A stretch of DNA of 15,238 nucleotides from Lutibacter sp. Lineage in GTDB: Bacteria > Bacteroidota > Bacteroidia > Flavobacteriales > Flavobacteriaceae. Where the stretch lies: the NCBI GenBank assembly GCA_036781305.1, contig DAIQBF010000048.1, forward strand, positions 1 through 15,238. Direction: 5' to 3'. Numbering within the stretch: the stretch's first letter is position 1; every line of letters starts with the position of its first letter. Positions 1-7,670 of the stretch are shown here, one piece after another. Under the pieces are notes generated by a model, which saw nothing but the letters and a program-made list of their open reading frames with translations, was not told the DNA's origin and made no database searches. A program made the position numbers and the translations under genes.

Positions 1-2
1 CA

Positions 3-1502
3 GAACTCGCTTTGGCAGTTGCCTATCCTTTTGCCGGAAATATTGGCGGTGGCGGGTTTATGGTTTACAGAACCCACGAAGGCAAAACCGGAGCCTTGGA
101 TTATAGAGAAAAAGCACCGCTTGCCGCTTCAAAAGACATGTATTTGGATGAAAACGGCAATATTATAGCAGAAAAAAGCACATTGGGTGCCATGGCTGTT
201 GGTGTTCCGGGAACGGTTGACGGTTTGTTTAAAGTTTACGAAAAATTTGGAAGCCTTCCTTTTTCAGAATTAATTCAGCCAGCCATTGATTTGGCCAATA
301 AAGGCGTTGTGGTAACTGAGAAGCAGGCCGAAAGATTGGCGAACTACAAACATTATTTTTCCGAAGTGAATGATGCCAAGATTTTATTGGATGCAGATTG
401 GAAAGCAGGAGACACCATTAAATATGTTAAGCTGGCCGAAACGCTGGAAAGAATTCGGGATTTGGGAAGAGACGGATTTTATAAAGGCGAAACTGCCGAG
501 ATGTTGGTAAATTATGTCCAGAAATTGGGGGGCATCATCACTAAAGAAGATTTGGAAAAATATGAAGCAAAATGGCGAAATGCCATTGAATTCAACTATA
601 AAGATTTAAAAATTATTGCGATGTCGCCGCCTTCAAGCGGCGGAATTTGCCTTGCGCAAATTTTTAAGGCAATTGAACCTTTTGACATTGCATCTTACGG
701 ACATAATTCCTTAAAATCCATTCAATTGCTTACGGAAGCGGAAAGAAGGGCTTATGCTGACAGGTCGTTTTATTTAGGTGATCCTGATTTTGTGAAAATT
801 CCAATTGACACATTAATTTCATCAAACTATATAAAAAACAGGATGGCGAATTTTTCTTGGGACAGCGCAACACCTTCTTCAACTTTAAAACACGGGAATA
901 TTGTTGGCTATGAAAGTGATGAAACAACGCACTATTCCATTGTTGACAAGTATGGAAATTCAATTTCGGCAACCACCACTTTAAATGGCGCTTATGGCTC
1001 AAAAGTATTTGTTTCTGAGGGCGGATTCTTTTTAAATAATGAAATGGACGATTTCAGTTCAAAACCGGGAGTACCCAATATGTTTGGATTAATTGGTGCT
1101 GAGGCGAATTCCATTGCGCCCGAAAAACGCATGTTAAGCTCCATGACACCCACAATTGTTGAAAAAAACAACCAGTTTTATATGTCGGTTGGTTCTCCTG
1201 GAGGATCGACTATTATAACATCTGTTTTGCAAACTATTTTAAATGTTTATGAATTTAAAATGGGCATGCAAGATGCCGTAAATGCCCCAAGATTTCACCA
1301 CCAATGGCTTCCGGATGTAATTACTATGGAACCTAATGGTTTTGACAGTTTGCTGGTAAATCAATTACAGGAAAAAGGATATCAAATTAAACAGGAAAAT
1401 ACCGTAATTTTGGGTAAAGTTGATGCTATTTTACGTTTGCCCAACGGAAAATTGGAAGGCGGCGCGGATTACAGAGGCGATGATAAAGCCGTGGGATTTT
1501 AA
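3..1502 (+). CDS. ggt: gamma-glutamyltranspeptidase, 5'-truncated by the window edge
   Basis: The frame is open from the window edge (phase of nt 3), so the TTG at 12 is only an ORF-caller start. GGT hallmarks are present: ESDETTHYSIVD (autoprocessing/nucleophile Thr), FFLNNEMDDFS and SPGGSTIITSVLQ. Stop is TAA at 1500-1502. Confidence 0.9.
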   Translation, partial: ELALAVAYPFAGNIGGGGFMVYRTHEGKTGALDYREKAPLAASKDMYLDENGNIIAEKSTLGAMAVGVPGTVDGLFKVYEKFGSLPFSELIQPAIDLANKGVVVTEKQAERLANYKHYFSEVNDAKILLDADWKAGDTIKYVKLAETLERIRDLGRDGFYKGETAEMLVNYVQKLGGIITKEDLEKYEAKWRNAIEFNYKDLKIIAMSPPSSGGICLAQIFKAIEPFDIASYGHNSLKSIQLLTEAERRAYADRSFYLGDPDFVKIPIDTLISSNYIKNRMANFSWDSATPSSTLKHGNIVGYESDETTHYSIVDKYGNSISATTTLNGAYGSKVFVSEGGFFLNNEMDDFSSKPGVPNMFGLIGAEANSIAPEKRMLSSMTPTIVEKNNQFYMSVGSPGGSTIITSVLQTILNVYEFKMGMQDAVNAPRFHHQWLPDVITMEPNGFDSLLVNQLQEKGYQIKQENTVILGKVDAILRLPNGKLEGGADYRGDDKAVGF

Positions 1503-1512
1503 AGCCCCCTAA

Positions 1513-1525
1513 CCCCCAAAGGGGG
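1513..1525 (+). terminator. short GC hairpin (ccccc-aaa-ggggg) just after the ggt stop; either a weak terminator or a copy of a small repeat
   Basis: A perfect 5-bp G/C stem with a 3-nt loop lies 11 nt after the stop. It has no proper T-tract (followed by aaattgac), so terminator function is uncertain. Confidence 0.3.
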
Positions 1526-1646
1526 AAATTGACAATTGATAAAAATGTAAATATAAAATTCATTGAAAGTATCATTAAAAAGTTAAACAAATATAAATAG
1601 TATGCTGTTGGCAGTCTCAGTTAGCAGTAAAACAATTACTCGATTC

Positions 1647-1670
1647 AACAGTTAAACAGTTAAACAGATA
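1647..1670 (+). repeat. tandem 8-mer array (aacagtta x2 + aacagata) immediately upstream of the permease start
   Basis: Three contiguous 8-bp units were read directly. A related array, aaacaatt x3, occurs at 11145-11168. Confidence 0.7.
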
Positions 1671-1674
1671 AAAA

Positions 1675-2757
1675 ATGAATTCCAATACAATAACCTACGG
1701 AATTTTAAAAGCAATAGCCATTATTACAGGCGTTTTATTGCTGCTTTACTTTTTGTATGAAGTGCAATCGGTTATCGCTTATATAGCAATTTCAATCGTT
1801 ATTGCGTTAATTGGAAGTCCAATTATTCACTTTTTAAAACGAAGGCTGAAATGCCCAAATACCTTGGCTGTTATCATCACAATACTGTTATTCTTAGGAA
1901 TTTTAGCTGGAATAATAAGTATGTTTATTCCGCTCATCATTAAGCAGGGCGAAAATTTATCATTGTTAAATATTAAAAAACTTCAAATAAATTTTGAATA
2001 TTTATTAAATCAGATTAACGATTACTTTTTAATGCGTAATATCGATATTTTAGACGAATTAAAACATGCCGATTTGTTTAAAAATGTTAAAGCTATTCCC
2101 GATTTATTCAATGCCGTTATCGGAACCATAGGAAGCTTAAGTATTGGATTGTTTTCTGTAATTTTCATCACTTTCTTCTTCATGAAAGATACGCATATTA
2201 TGGAAAATTCCTTGTATGTATGGGTTAATGACAAGAATGAGCAAAAACTGAAAAACTCTTTAATGTCAATCAACCATTTATTGTCGAGATATTTTATTGG
2301 CTTGGTTTTTCAAATTACAATTCTATTTATAATTTATACTACTTTTTTATTAGTTTTCGGCGTTGAAAACGCCATTGTAATCGCTTTTTTATGTGCATTA
2401 CTAAATTTAATACCTTATGTTGGTCCATTAATTGGAGGAATTCTAATGCTCTTTTTAACAATGAGCAGTAACTTGGCCCAAGACTTTCAAACAGAAATAT
2501 TGCCAACCACCATTTACGTGATGATTGGATATGTTTTCGCCCAACTTATTGATAATTTTTTAAGTCAACCCCTAATATTTTCAAATAGTGTAAAATCACA
2601 TCCATTGGAAATATTTTTAATAATCATCATTGGCGGAATTTTATTTGACATCACAGGAATGATCATCGCCGTGCCAACCTACACTGCCATAAAAGTAATT
2701 TTAAAAGCATTTTTGGCCGATAACAAAATTGTAAAATTAATGACCAAAGATTTATAA
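1675..2757 (+). CDS. AI-2E family transporter (PerM/UPF0118-type permease)
   Basis: The 360-aa product is strongly hydrophobic with about 8 predicted TM segments. It carries the family-typical LLNLIPYVGPLIGG segment and a C-terminal IIAVPTYTAIKVI helix. Stop is TAA. Confidence 0.8.
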   Translation: MNSNTITYGILKAIAIITGVLLLLYFLYEVQSVIAYIAISIVIALIGSPIIHFLKRRLKCPNTLAVIITILLFLGILAGIISMFIPLIIKQGENLSLLNIKKLQINFEYLLNQINDYFLMRNIDILDELKHADLFKNVKAIPDLFNAVIGTIGSLSIGLFSVIFITFFFMKDTHIMENSLYVWVNDKNEQKLKNSLMSINHLLSRYFIGLVFQITILFIIYTTFLLVFGVENAIVIAFLCALLNLIPYVGPLIGGILMLFLTMSSNLAQDFQTEILPTTIYVMIGYVFAQLIDNFLSQPLIFSNSVKSHPLEIFLIIIIGGILFDITGMIIAVPTYTAIKVILKAFLADNKIVKLMTKDL

Positions 2758-2801
2758 GTTTAACCAGATTCTTAAAACAAGAAGCTATAAAATTATATTT
2801 T

Positions 2802-2945
2802 GGGCTTGCCTGCCCTTTTGGTGGGCGTTCCCCTGCGGGTCGGGCTTTTCGTTGCAATCCGTCATTGCGGAGCGTGGCAATCTGTTGAATATATTACTTC
2901 ATAAACTCGCAACGCCGGGATTTCCTCTGCAATCCCTAACGCAGC
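2802..2945. repeat. cluster of GC-rich short repeat modules (gggcttttcgttgcaatcc / gtcattgcggagcgtggcaatc / gggatttcctctgcaatccctaacgc)
   Basis: This is a GC-rich island in an AT-rich gap. Two direct tgcaatcc modules lie around 2853-2870 and 2917-2936. An inverted copy of the gcaatccctaacgc-type motif reappears at 12536-12550 (gcgtccctaggattgc). Confidence 0.6.
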
Positions 2946-3086
2946 TTAAATTACGATAGCTGATTTACGATTTTAGAATAAGAAATCTTAGATTCTGGAT
3001 TTGGTTTTTAATATTTTACTTGCTTTTAATCATAGAATACACAAGATGATTTATGAAATTAGAATTTAAAAGACTTAAAACTTTTT

Positions 3087-3128
3087 AGCGCGATTTGCGG
3101 TTTTTATTTGCGTGCTTTGCGGTTAAAT
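3087..3128. repeat. two tandem ttRgcgNgNtttgcggtt modules (ttagcgcgatttgcggttttta / tttgcgtgctttgcggttaaa)
   Basis: Read directly. The same cttgcggttaaa tail recurs at 8242-8254, downstream of the GxxExxY cassette. Confidence 0.55.
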
Positions 3129-3189
3129 TTTTTGGTTCGGCGTTTTTTTATAATTTTTTCTTGCTTTTAGCCTCCGCTAGCGCGAGCGC

Positions 3190-3347
3190 AATGTCATTAA
3201 GTTAAGCCTTTAATGTCTTTATTTTGTCATTCCGAGGTACGAGGGATCTCATTATGCTAAGCTATTTGATGCGATTCCTCCTTTGTCGGGCACGAGCGAT
3301 AGCGAACTGGCGAAGCAATGACAAATATTCCCTTAACTTAATGACAT
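3190..3347. mobile_element. MITE-like nested-palindrome element, copy A (17-bp terminal inverted repeats, 125-bp core)
   Basis: IR-L aatgtcattaagttaag (3190-3206) pairs with IR-R cttaacttaatgacat (3332-3347), matching 16/17. The core has its own arms, tttgtcattccgaggtacgaggg (3223-3245) and gattcctcctttgtcgg...aatgacaaa. A second copy lies at 12126-12257. No ORF of its own. Confidence 0.65.
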
Positions 3348-3352
3348 CGAGC

Positions 3353-3474
3353 GCGAGCGTCCCGCTCGTGACTACAAGTAATTTTAGGGATTTTTTATTT
3401 CCTTTATTTGCAATTGTGTATAGCTCCAAAAAAATCAGGTTACTAGTGTTATTGGGTACGAGCGGGACGCTCGC
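3353..3474. repeat. perfect 17-bp inverted repeat pair (gcgagcgtcccgctcgt / acgagcgggacgctcgc) with an 88-bp spacer
   Basis: Segments 3353-3369 and 3458-3474 are exact reverse complements. A degenerate equivalent (14/17) lies at 12262-12278 / 12309-12325. Confidence 0.7.
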
Positions 3475-3532
3475 ACCAGCGAGAGGAAAAACCTCAAAAA
3501 AGTATTTCCGCTACACTCCATTACGCAAGATA

Positions 3533-3560
3533 AATTACGTTTTACGAATTGCGAATTACG
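3533..3560 (+). repeat. tandem heptamer array (aattacg, ttttacg, aattgcg, aattacg)
   Basis: Four contiguous 7-bp units were read directly. Related attacga motifs occur at about 2950-2975. Confidence 0.6.
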
Positions 3561-3664
3561 ATTTTAAAAAATGCTGTTAAGATAAATTTAAGCCTGTATA
3601 AATTAGCGATAATTTTTTTGTTTTTAATATTTAAACCTTAAATTTACAATAAAAAATTTGCATT

Positions 3665-4213
3665 ATGAAAAATGAAATTATGATTCCAGATGAAATAATT
3701 ACCAATAAAATATATTTAATCAGGGAACAAAAAGTTATGTTGGATGAAGATTTGGCTGAACTCTATAAAGTAGAAACCAAACAGTTAAAAAGACAGGTTC
3801 GCAGAAACATAGAACGTTTTCCCGAAGATTTTATGTTTGAACTCTCCAAAATTGAATTCGAAAACTTGAGGAGCCAATTTGGCACCTCAAAATGGGGAGG
3901 AACTCGTTATGCGCCTATGGCTTTTACCGAACAGGCCTGTCCTGAGCGTAGCCGAAGGAGTGTAGCTATGTTATCAAGTGTTTTAAGCAGCCAAACTGCC
4001 ATAAAAGTAAATATTCAAATTATAAGGGTATTTACAAAGATAAGACAAATGTTCACAGATAATTTAAGTTTAAAACTCGAAATTGAGGAAATAAAAAAGA
4101 AACTCTCCCATCAAAATAAAAATATTGAACTTGTATTTAGCTATTTAGATGAACTGATAGAGAAGAAAGAAAACCAAAAACCAAGAATTAAAATAGGCTA
4201 TAAAAAAGATTAA
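3665..4213 (+). CDS. ORF6N domain-containing protein (KilA-N-like DNA-binding domain plus C-terminal coiled coil)
   Basis: The N-terminal segment IYLIREQKVMLDEDLAELY..ETKQLKRQVRRNIERFPEDFMFEL...WGGTRY.P.AFTEQ...AMLSSVL.S..AIKVNIQIIRVF matches the ORF6N family pattern as I recall it. The C-terminus is Lys/Glu-rich and helical. It contains an in-frame repeat insertion (see the 3936-3959 feature). Confidence 0.8.
   Translation: MKNEIMIPDEIITNKIYLIREQKVMLDEDLAELYKVETKQLKRQVRRNIERFPEDFMFELSKIEFENLRSQFGTSKWGGTRYAPMAFTEQACPERSRRSVAMLSSVLSSQTAIKVNIQIIRVFTKIRQMFTDNLSLKLEIEEIKKKLSHQNKNIELVFSYLDELIEKKENQKPRIKIGYKKD
3936..3959 (-). repeat. 24-bp GC-rich repeat unit inserted in-frame in the ORF6N gene
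   Basis: The unit cctgtcctgagcgtagccgaagga is 62.5% GC. Removing it converts cag g..gt gta into cag ggt gta (Q-G-V), which is the expected FTEQGVAML family motif. Its 19-nt core, 3940-3958, matches the reverse complement of 6636-6654 at 17/19. Confidence 0.7.
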
Positions 4214-4225
4214 ATCTCAATAACT

Positions 4226-4774
4226 ATGTTAACTTATATTGCACTTTTGCGCGGGATAAACGTATCTGGTCACCATAAAATTAAAATGACCGAATTAAAG
4301 CAACTTTTTTTAGATTTAGGTTATAAAGAGATTTCTACCTATATACAAAGCGGAAATATAATTTTTAAGTCTAACATTAAGGAACCCATTCTTATTGAGG
4401 ACACCATAATTTCAGCCATTTCAAAACATTTTGGACACGCTATTAAGGTGCTGATATTAACCAAAAATGAATTGATTACTGTTTTTAATTCAAATCCATT
4501 TCTTGAAAAAAATCCATCTATGGATATTTCAAAATTACATGTTACATTATTAAATAAGAAACCAGATTTAGCTGGAATTCCACCTATTGAAGAACTAAAA
4601 GAAACAGGTGATGATGAATTTCAAATAATTGAAAACACCATTTATTTACATTGTCCAAATGGTTATGGAAACACAAAATTAAACAACAATTTATTTGAAA
4701 AAAAACTACAAGTTACCGCCACCACAAGAAACTGGAAAACCATTGGTAAACTCGTCGAATTAAGCAAGCAATAA
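4226..4774 (+). CDS. DUF1697 domain-containing protein
   Basis: The N-terminus YIALLRGINVSGHHKIKMTELKQLF..LGY..ISTYIQSGNIIF is the characteristic DUF1697 opening. The product is 182 aa. The gene starts 12 nt after the ORF6N stop. Confidence 0.8.
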   Translation: MLTYIALLRGINVSGHHKIKMTELKQLFLDLGYKEISTYIQSGNIIFKSNIKEPILIEDTIISAISKHFGHAIKVLILTKNELITVFNSNPFLEKNPSMDISKLHVTLLNKKPDLAGIPPIEELKETGDDEFQIIENTIYLHCPNGYGNTKLNNNLFEKKLQVTATTRNWKTIGKLVELSKQ

Positions 4775-4775
4775 T

Positions 4776-5951
4776 TTGAATCAGGAAATTTTAAATAAAG
4801 AAGTCCAAAATTTTATCAATTTAAATTTAAATTCGGATATAACAAAACTGATTTTAAAAGGAAGTCCGTTTGAACAAGTTTCGATTCAGGAAATTGCAGC
4901 GCAAATTCTGGCAAAAAACGCTTGTGAAAAAAAATTGCCCACTTGGTTTAATTCAAAAAACATTTACTATTCCAACAAACTGAATATTGAACAAACTTCT
5001 TCAGAAATTACTGCTAAGTATAAATCAGATTTGGTTTCAGGAGAAACTTTAATCGACATTACGGGTGGATTTGGCGTTGATGCTTACTTTTTTTCACAAA
5101 AAGTTAAATCAATAACACATTGTGAAATTGCCGAGGAATTGTCGAAAATTGTAATCCATAATTTCAAACGGTTAAAAGTTAAAAATGTTGAAACTCATTT
5201 TGGTGACGGCATTGAATTTATAAAAAATTCTAAAGAAAAATTCGATTGGATTTACGCAGATCCTTCGCGTAGAAATGATGCCAAAGGAAAAGTATTTCTA
5301 TTGGAAGACTGCTTGCCGAATATTCCGGAAAATCTGAATTTATTGTTTGAAAAAACGGATCATATTCTGCTTAAAGTCTCTCCTATTTTAGACATTTCAA
5401 GTGCCGTAAATGAGTTACAATTTGTAAAAGAAATTCATGTGGTTGCCATTGAAAATGAAGTGAAAGAATTGTTGTTTTTGTTGAAGAAAAATTGCACGAA
5501 AAACATTGACATTAATACAATTAACTTCAATAAAGAAGAAATCCAAAAATTTAATTTTAGCTTAAATGAAGCTATTTTACCAACTTTTTCCGAGCCAAAA
5601 AAATATCTATATGAACCCAATGCCGCAATTTTAAAAGCAGGCGCTTTTCAACAAATTTCGGCGCAGTTTAAAATTGATAAATTACACCAACATTCGCATT
5701 TATACACTTCAAATAAATTAACCGATTTTCCCGGAAGGAAATTTGAAATAAAAAATTGCATTTCTTACAACAAAAAGCAATTACAACAGTTAATTCCTTC
5801 AAAAAAAGCAAATATTACCACTCGAAATTTTCCCGAAACCGTAGCTCAAATTCGGAAAAAAACCGGATTAAAAGATGGCGGAAATCAATACCTTTTTTTT
5901 ACAACAGACATAAACAACAAGCATCTGGTGCTCATTTGTGAGAAAGTATAA
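4776..5951 (+). CDS. class I SAM-dependent methyltransferase with a C-terminal THUMP-like domain
   Basis: SAM motif I is LIDITGGFGVDAYFF and a DWIYADPSRR motif is present. The C-terminal half (LYEPNAAILKAGAF...HLYTS...FPGRKFEI) resembles the THUMP-like module of the Bacteroidota family. The TTG start is 1 nt after the DUF1697 stop, and the exact start is uncertain. Confidence 0.7.
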   Translation: MNQEILNKEVQNFINLNLNSDITKLILKGSPFEQVSIQEIAAQILAKNACEKKLPTWFNSKNIYYSNKLNIEQTSSEITAKYKSDLVSGETLIDITGGFGVDAYFFSQKVKSITHCEIAEELSKIVIHNFKRLKVKNVETHFGDGIEFIKNSKEKFDWIYADPSRRNDAKGKVFLLEDCLPNIPENLNLLFEKTDHILLKVSPILDISSAVNELQFVKEIHVVAIENEVKELLFLLKKNCTKNIDINTINFNKEEIQKFNFSLNEAILPTFSEPKKYLYEPNAAILKAGAFQQISAQFKIDKLHQHSHLYTSNKLTDFPGRKFEIKNCISYNKKQLQQLIPSKKANITTRNFPETVAQIRKKTGLKDGGNQYLFFTTDINNKHLVLICEKV

Positions 5952-6016
5952 AACTAAAAGTTGTTTTAGCAAAAATCATTAAAATTTAGTAATTTTAGCT
6001 TTTTATACTCACTAAA

Positions 6017-7654
6017 ATGGCAAATAAAAATATCCGCTCGTTATCATACAGAAAGGAATTAAATGATAACCTGTTCGAAAATATCGCAGATTTATCACAT
6101 AAAAACGCTTTAAAGTCTGATTTTCAGGAACTGGCAAAACGGTTTATGATCGATGATTCCGTGGTTGCGGCCACCGCATCTTTTTATGATTTCACTAGAG
6201 AAAGCAATCGGAACAAAAAGATTCATGTGTGCAGCGGAACGGCTTGCATGGTTGCAAATACCCAAAATAGTCTTCATAAAAATTTAGAAGATCATTTTGA
6301 CAAAGAGGAAATCGGAAATGCTGCCTGCGTTGGTCGTTGCCACACCAACAATGCGTTTATGTACAATGATAATACCTATTCGGCGCACAGCGAAAATGAA
6401 TTAAATTCAATTATCGACAATAAGAAACATCAAGAAAATAAATACAATATTGCTTGTAACACCACTCCTATTTTAACCGCTGAAATTGAAGATATTACCG
6501 CATTTTATCAATTGGCTGAAGTTCATAAAAAAAATTCGCAACAGGTAATTCAAGAAATAAAAACATCCAATTTACGCGGTCGCGGCGGTGCAGGATTCCC
6601 GTTTTGGTTTAAGTTGGATGCCGTTATAAAAGAGCCCTTCGACTCCGCTCAGGATGACACCCAAAAATACATTGTCTGCAATGCCGATGAAGGCGATCCC
6701 GGAGCATATTCGGATATGTATTTGATGGAACATCAGCCGCATAAAGTGCTTTTCGGAATGTATATGGCAGGGTTGACTGTCGGCGCAAATACGGGTGTTT
6801 TATACATCAGGGGAGAATATCCAGATTCCATCAAAATTGTGAGCAAAGCAATTTCTGAATTAAAAGAAAAAAACCTAATTAGGGATTTTAAATTCAAAAT
6901 TATTCGCGGACAAGGTTCTTATGTTTGCGGCGAGGAAACCGCTTTATTGAGTTCTATTGAAGGCTTGCGCCCGGAAGTTCGCGTTCGCCCACCCTATCCA
7001 GCACAATACGGTTTGTTTGGGAAACCAACTGTTTTGAGCAATGTGGAAACATTTGCGAACATTCATTGGATTTTAAAAAATGGCGGTGAAGCTTATGCGG
7101 CATTGGGAACAAAACAATCCACCGGAACAAAATTGGTGTCGTTGGACAGCTTTTTCAATACGCCGGGAATGTATGAAATTGAAATGGGAACGCCCTTAAA
7201 AACTGTTTTTGATGAATTTGGACATGGCTTAAAATCGGACATAAAAGCATTTCAAATTGGAGGGCCTTTGGGCGGAATTGTGCCTTCTGAGAAAATTAAG
7301 GATTTAACATTGGATTTTGAGTCGTTGAGCAGCAACGGATTTTTATTGGGTCATGCAAGTGTTGTTTCCATTCCAAAAGATTTTCCTATGATTCAATTTT
7401 TGGAACATTTAATGGAATTCACTGCGGATGAATCCTGCGGAAAATGCTATCCATGCAGAATTGGCACTTTCAGAGGCATGGAAATGCTTCAAAAAGCGCA
7501 ACAAGAAGATTATAAAATTGACCGTCAGTTATTTGATGATTTATTGGAAACCTTGGAAATAGGTTCACTTTGTGCGTTGGGTGGCGGTATTCCGTTGCCA
7601 GTAAAAAATGCATTGCAATATTTTGAGGATGAGTTGAAGGAATATTTCAAATAG
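6017..7654 (+). CDS. NAD(H)-binding diaphorase subunit of formate dehydrogenase; fused NuoE-like [2Fe-2S] and NuoF-like FMN/[4Fe-4S] domains (FdsG/FdsB-like)
   Basis: N-terminal CSGTAC...CVGRC is a thioredoxin-like 2Fe-2S pattern. [10 protein letters not shown] and [12 protein letters not shown] are the FMN/NADH motifs. [10 protein letters not shown]...GSLCALGG is the N3-type 4Fe-4S cluster motif. It sits directly upstream of the FDH alpha subunit. Confidence 0.85.
   Translation: MANKNIRSLSYRKELNDNLFENIADLSHKNALKSDFQELAKRFMIDDSVVAATASFYDFTRESNRNKKIHVCSGTACMVANTQNSLHKNLEDHFDKEEIGNAACVGRCHTNNAFMYNDNTYSAHSENELNSIIDNKKHQENKYNIACNTTPILTAEIEDITAFYQLAEVHKKNSQQVIQEIKTSNLRGRGGAGFPFWFKLDAVIKEPFDSAQDDTQKYIVCNADEGDPGAYSDMYLMEHQPHKVLFGMYMAGLTVGANTGVLYIRGEYPDSIKIVSKAISELKEKNLIRDFKFKIIRGQGSYVCGEETALLSSIEGLRPEVRVRPPYPAQYGLFGKPTVLSNVETFANIHWILKNGGEAYAALGTKQSTGTKLVSLDSFFNTPGMYEIEMGTPLKTVFDEFGHGLKSDIKAFQIGGPLGGIVPSEKIKDLTLDFESLSSNGFLLGHASVVSIPKDFPMIQFLEHLMEFTADESCGKCYPCRIGTFRGMEMLQKAQQEDYKIDRQLFDDLLETLEIGSLCALGGGIPLPVKNALQYFEDELKEYFK
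6636..6654 (+). repeat. second copy of the GC-rich repeat unit, in-frame inside the NuoF-like domain
   Basis: The reverse complement of ccttcgactccgctcagga is tcctgagcggagtcgaagg, matching 17/19 to 3940-3958. It encodes PFDSAQD in the linker between the RGRGGAGFP and [13 protein letters not shown] motifs, and that linker is longer here than I expect. Confidence 0.6.
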
Positions 7655-7670
7655 TATTTAAAAATTATTA

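Noticed and set aside
12-14. TTG at nt 12 as the true start of the GGT gene
   Set aside because: The frame is open back to the window edge, and the encoded sequence begins mid-domain relative to full-length GGTs. The gene is truncated by the window.
3224-3580. 118-aa + strand ORF (MSFRGTRDLIMLSY...)
   Set aside because: It reads straight through the MITE-like element, the 17-bp inverted-repeat pair and the heptamer array. Its peptide strings (SFRGTRDL, ARAIANWRS, GTSGTLAPA) are typical repeat read-through and show no domain-like features.
5952-6016. Possible Moco riboswitch or other structured leader upstream of the formate dehydrogenase operon
   Set aside because: The gap is only 65 nt and almost pure A/T, with just a 6-bp ctaaaa/ttttag hairpin. 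It is far too short and unstructured for a Moco riboswitch.
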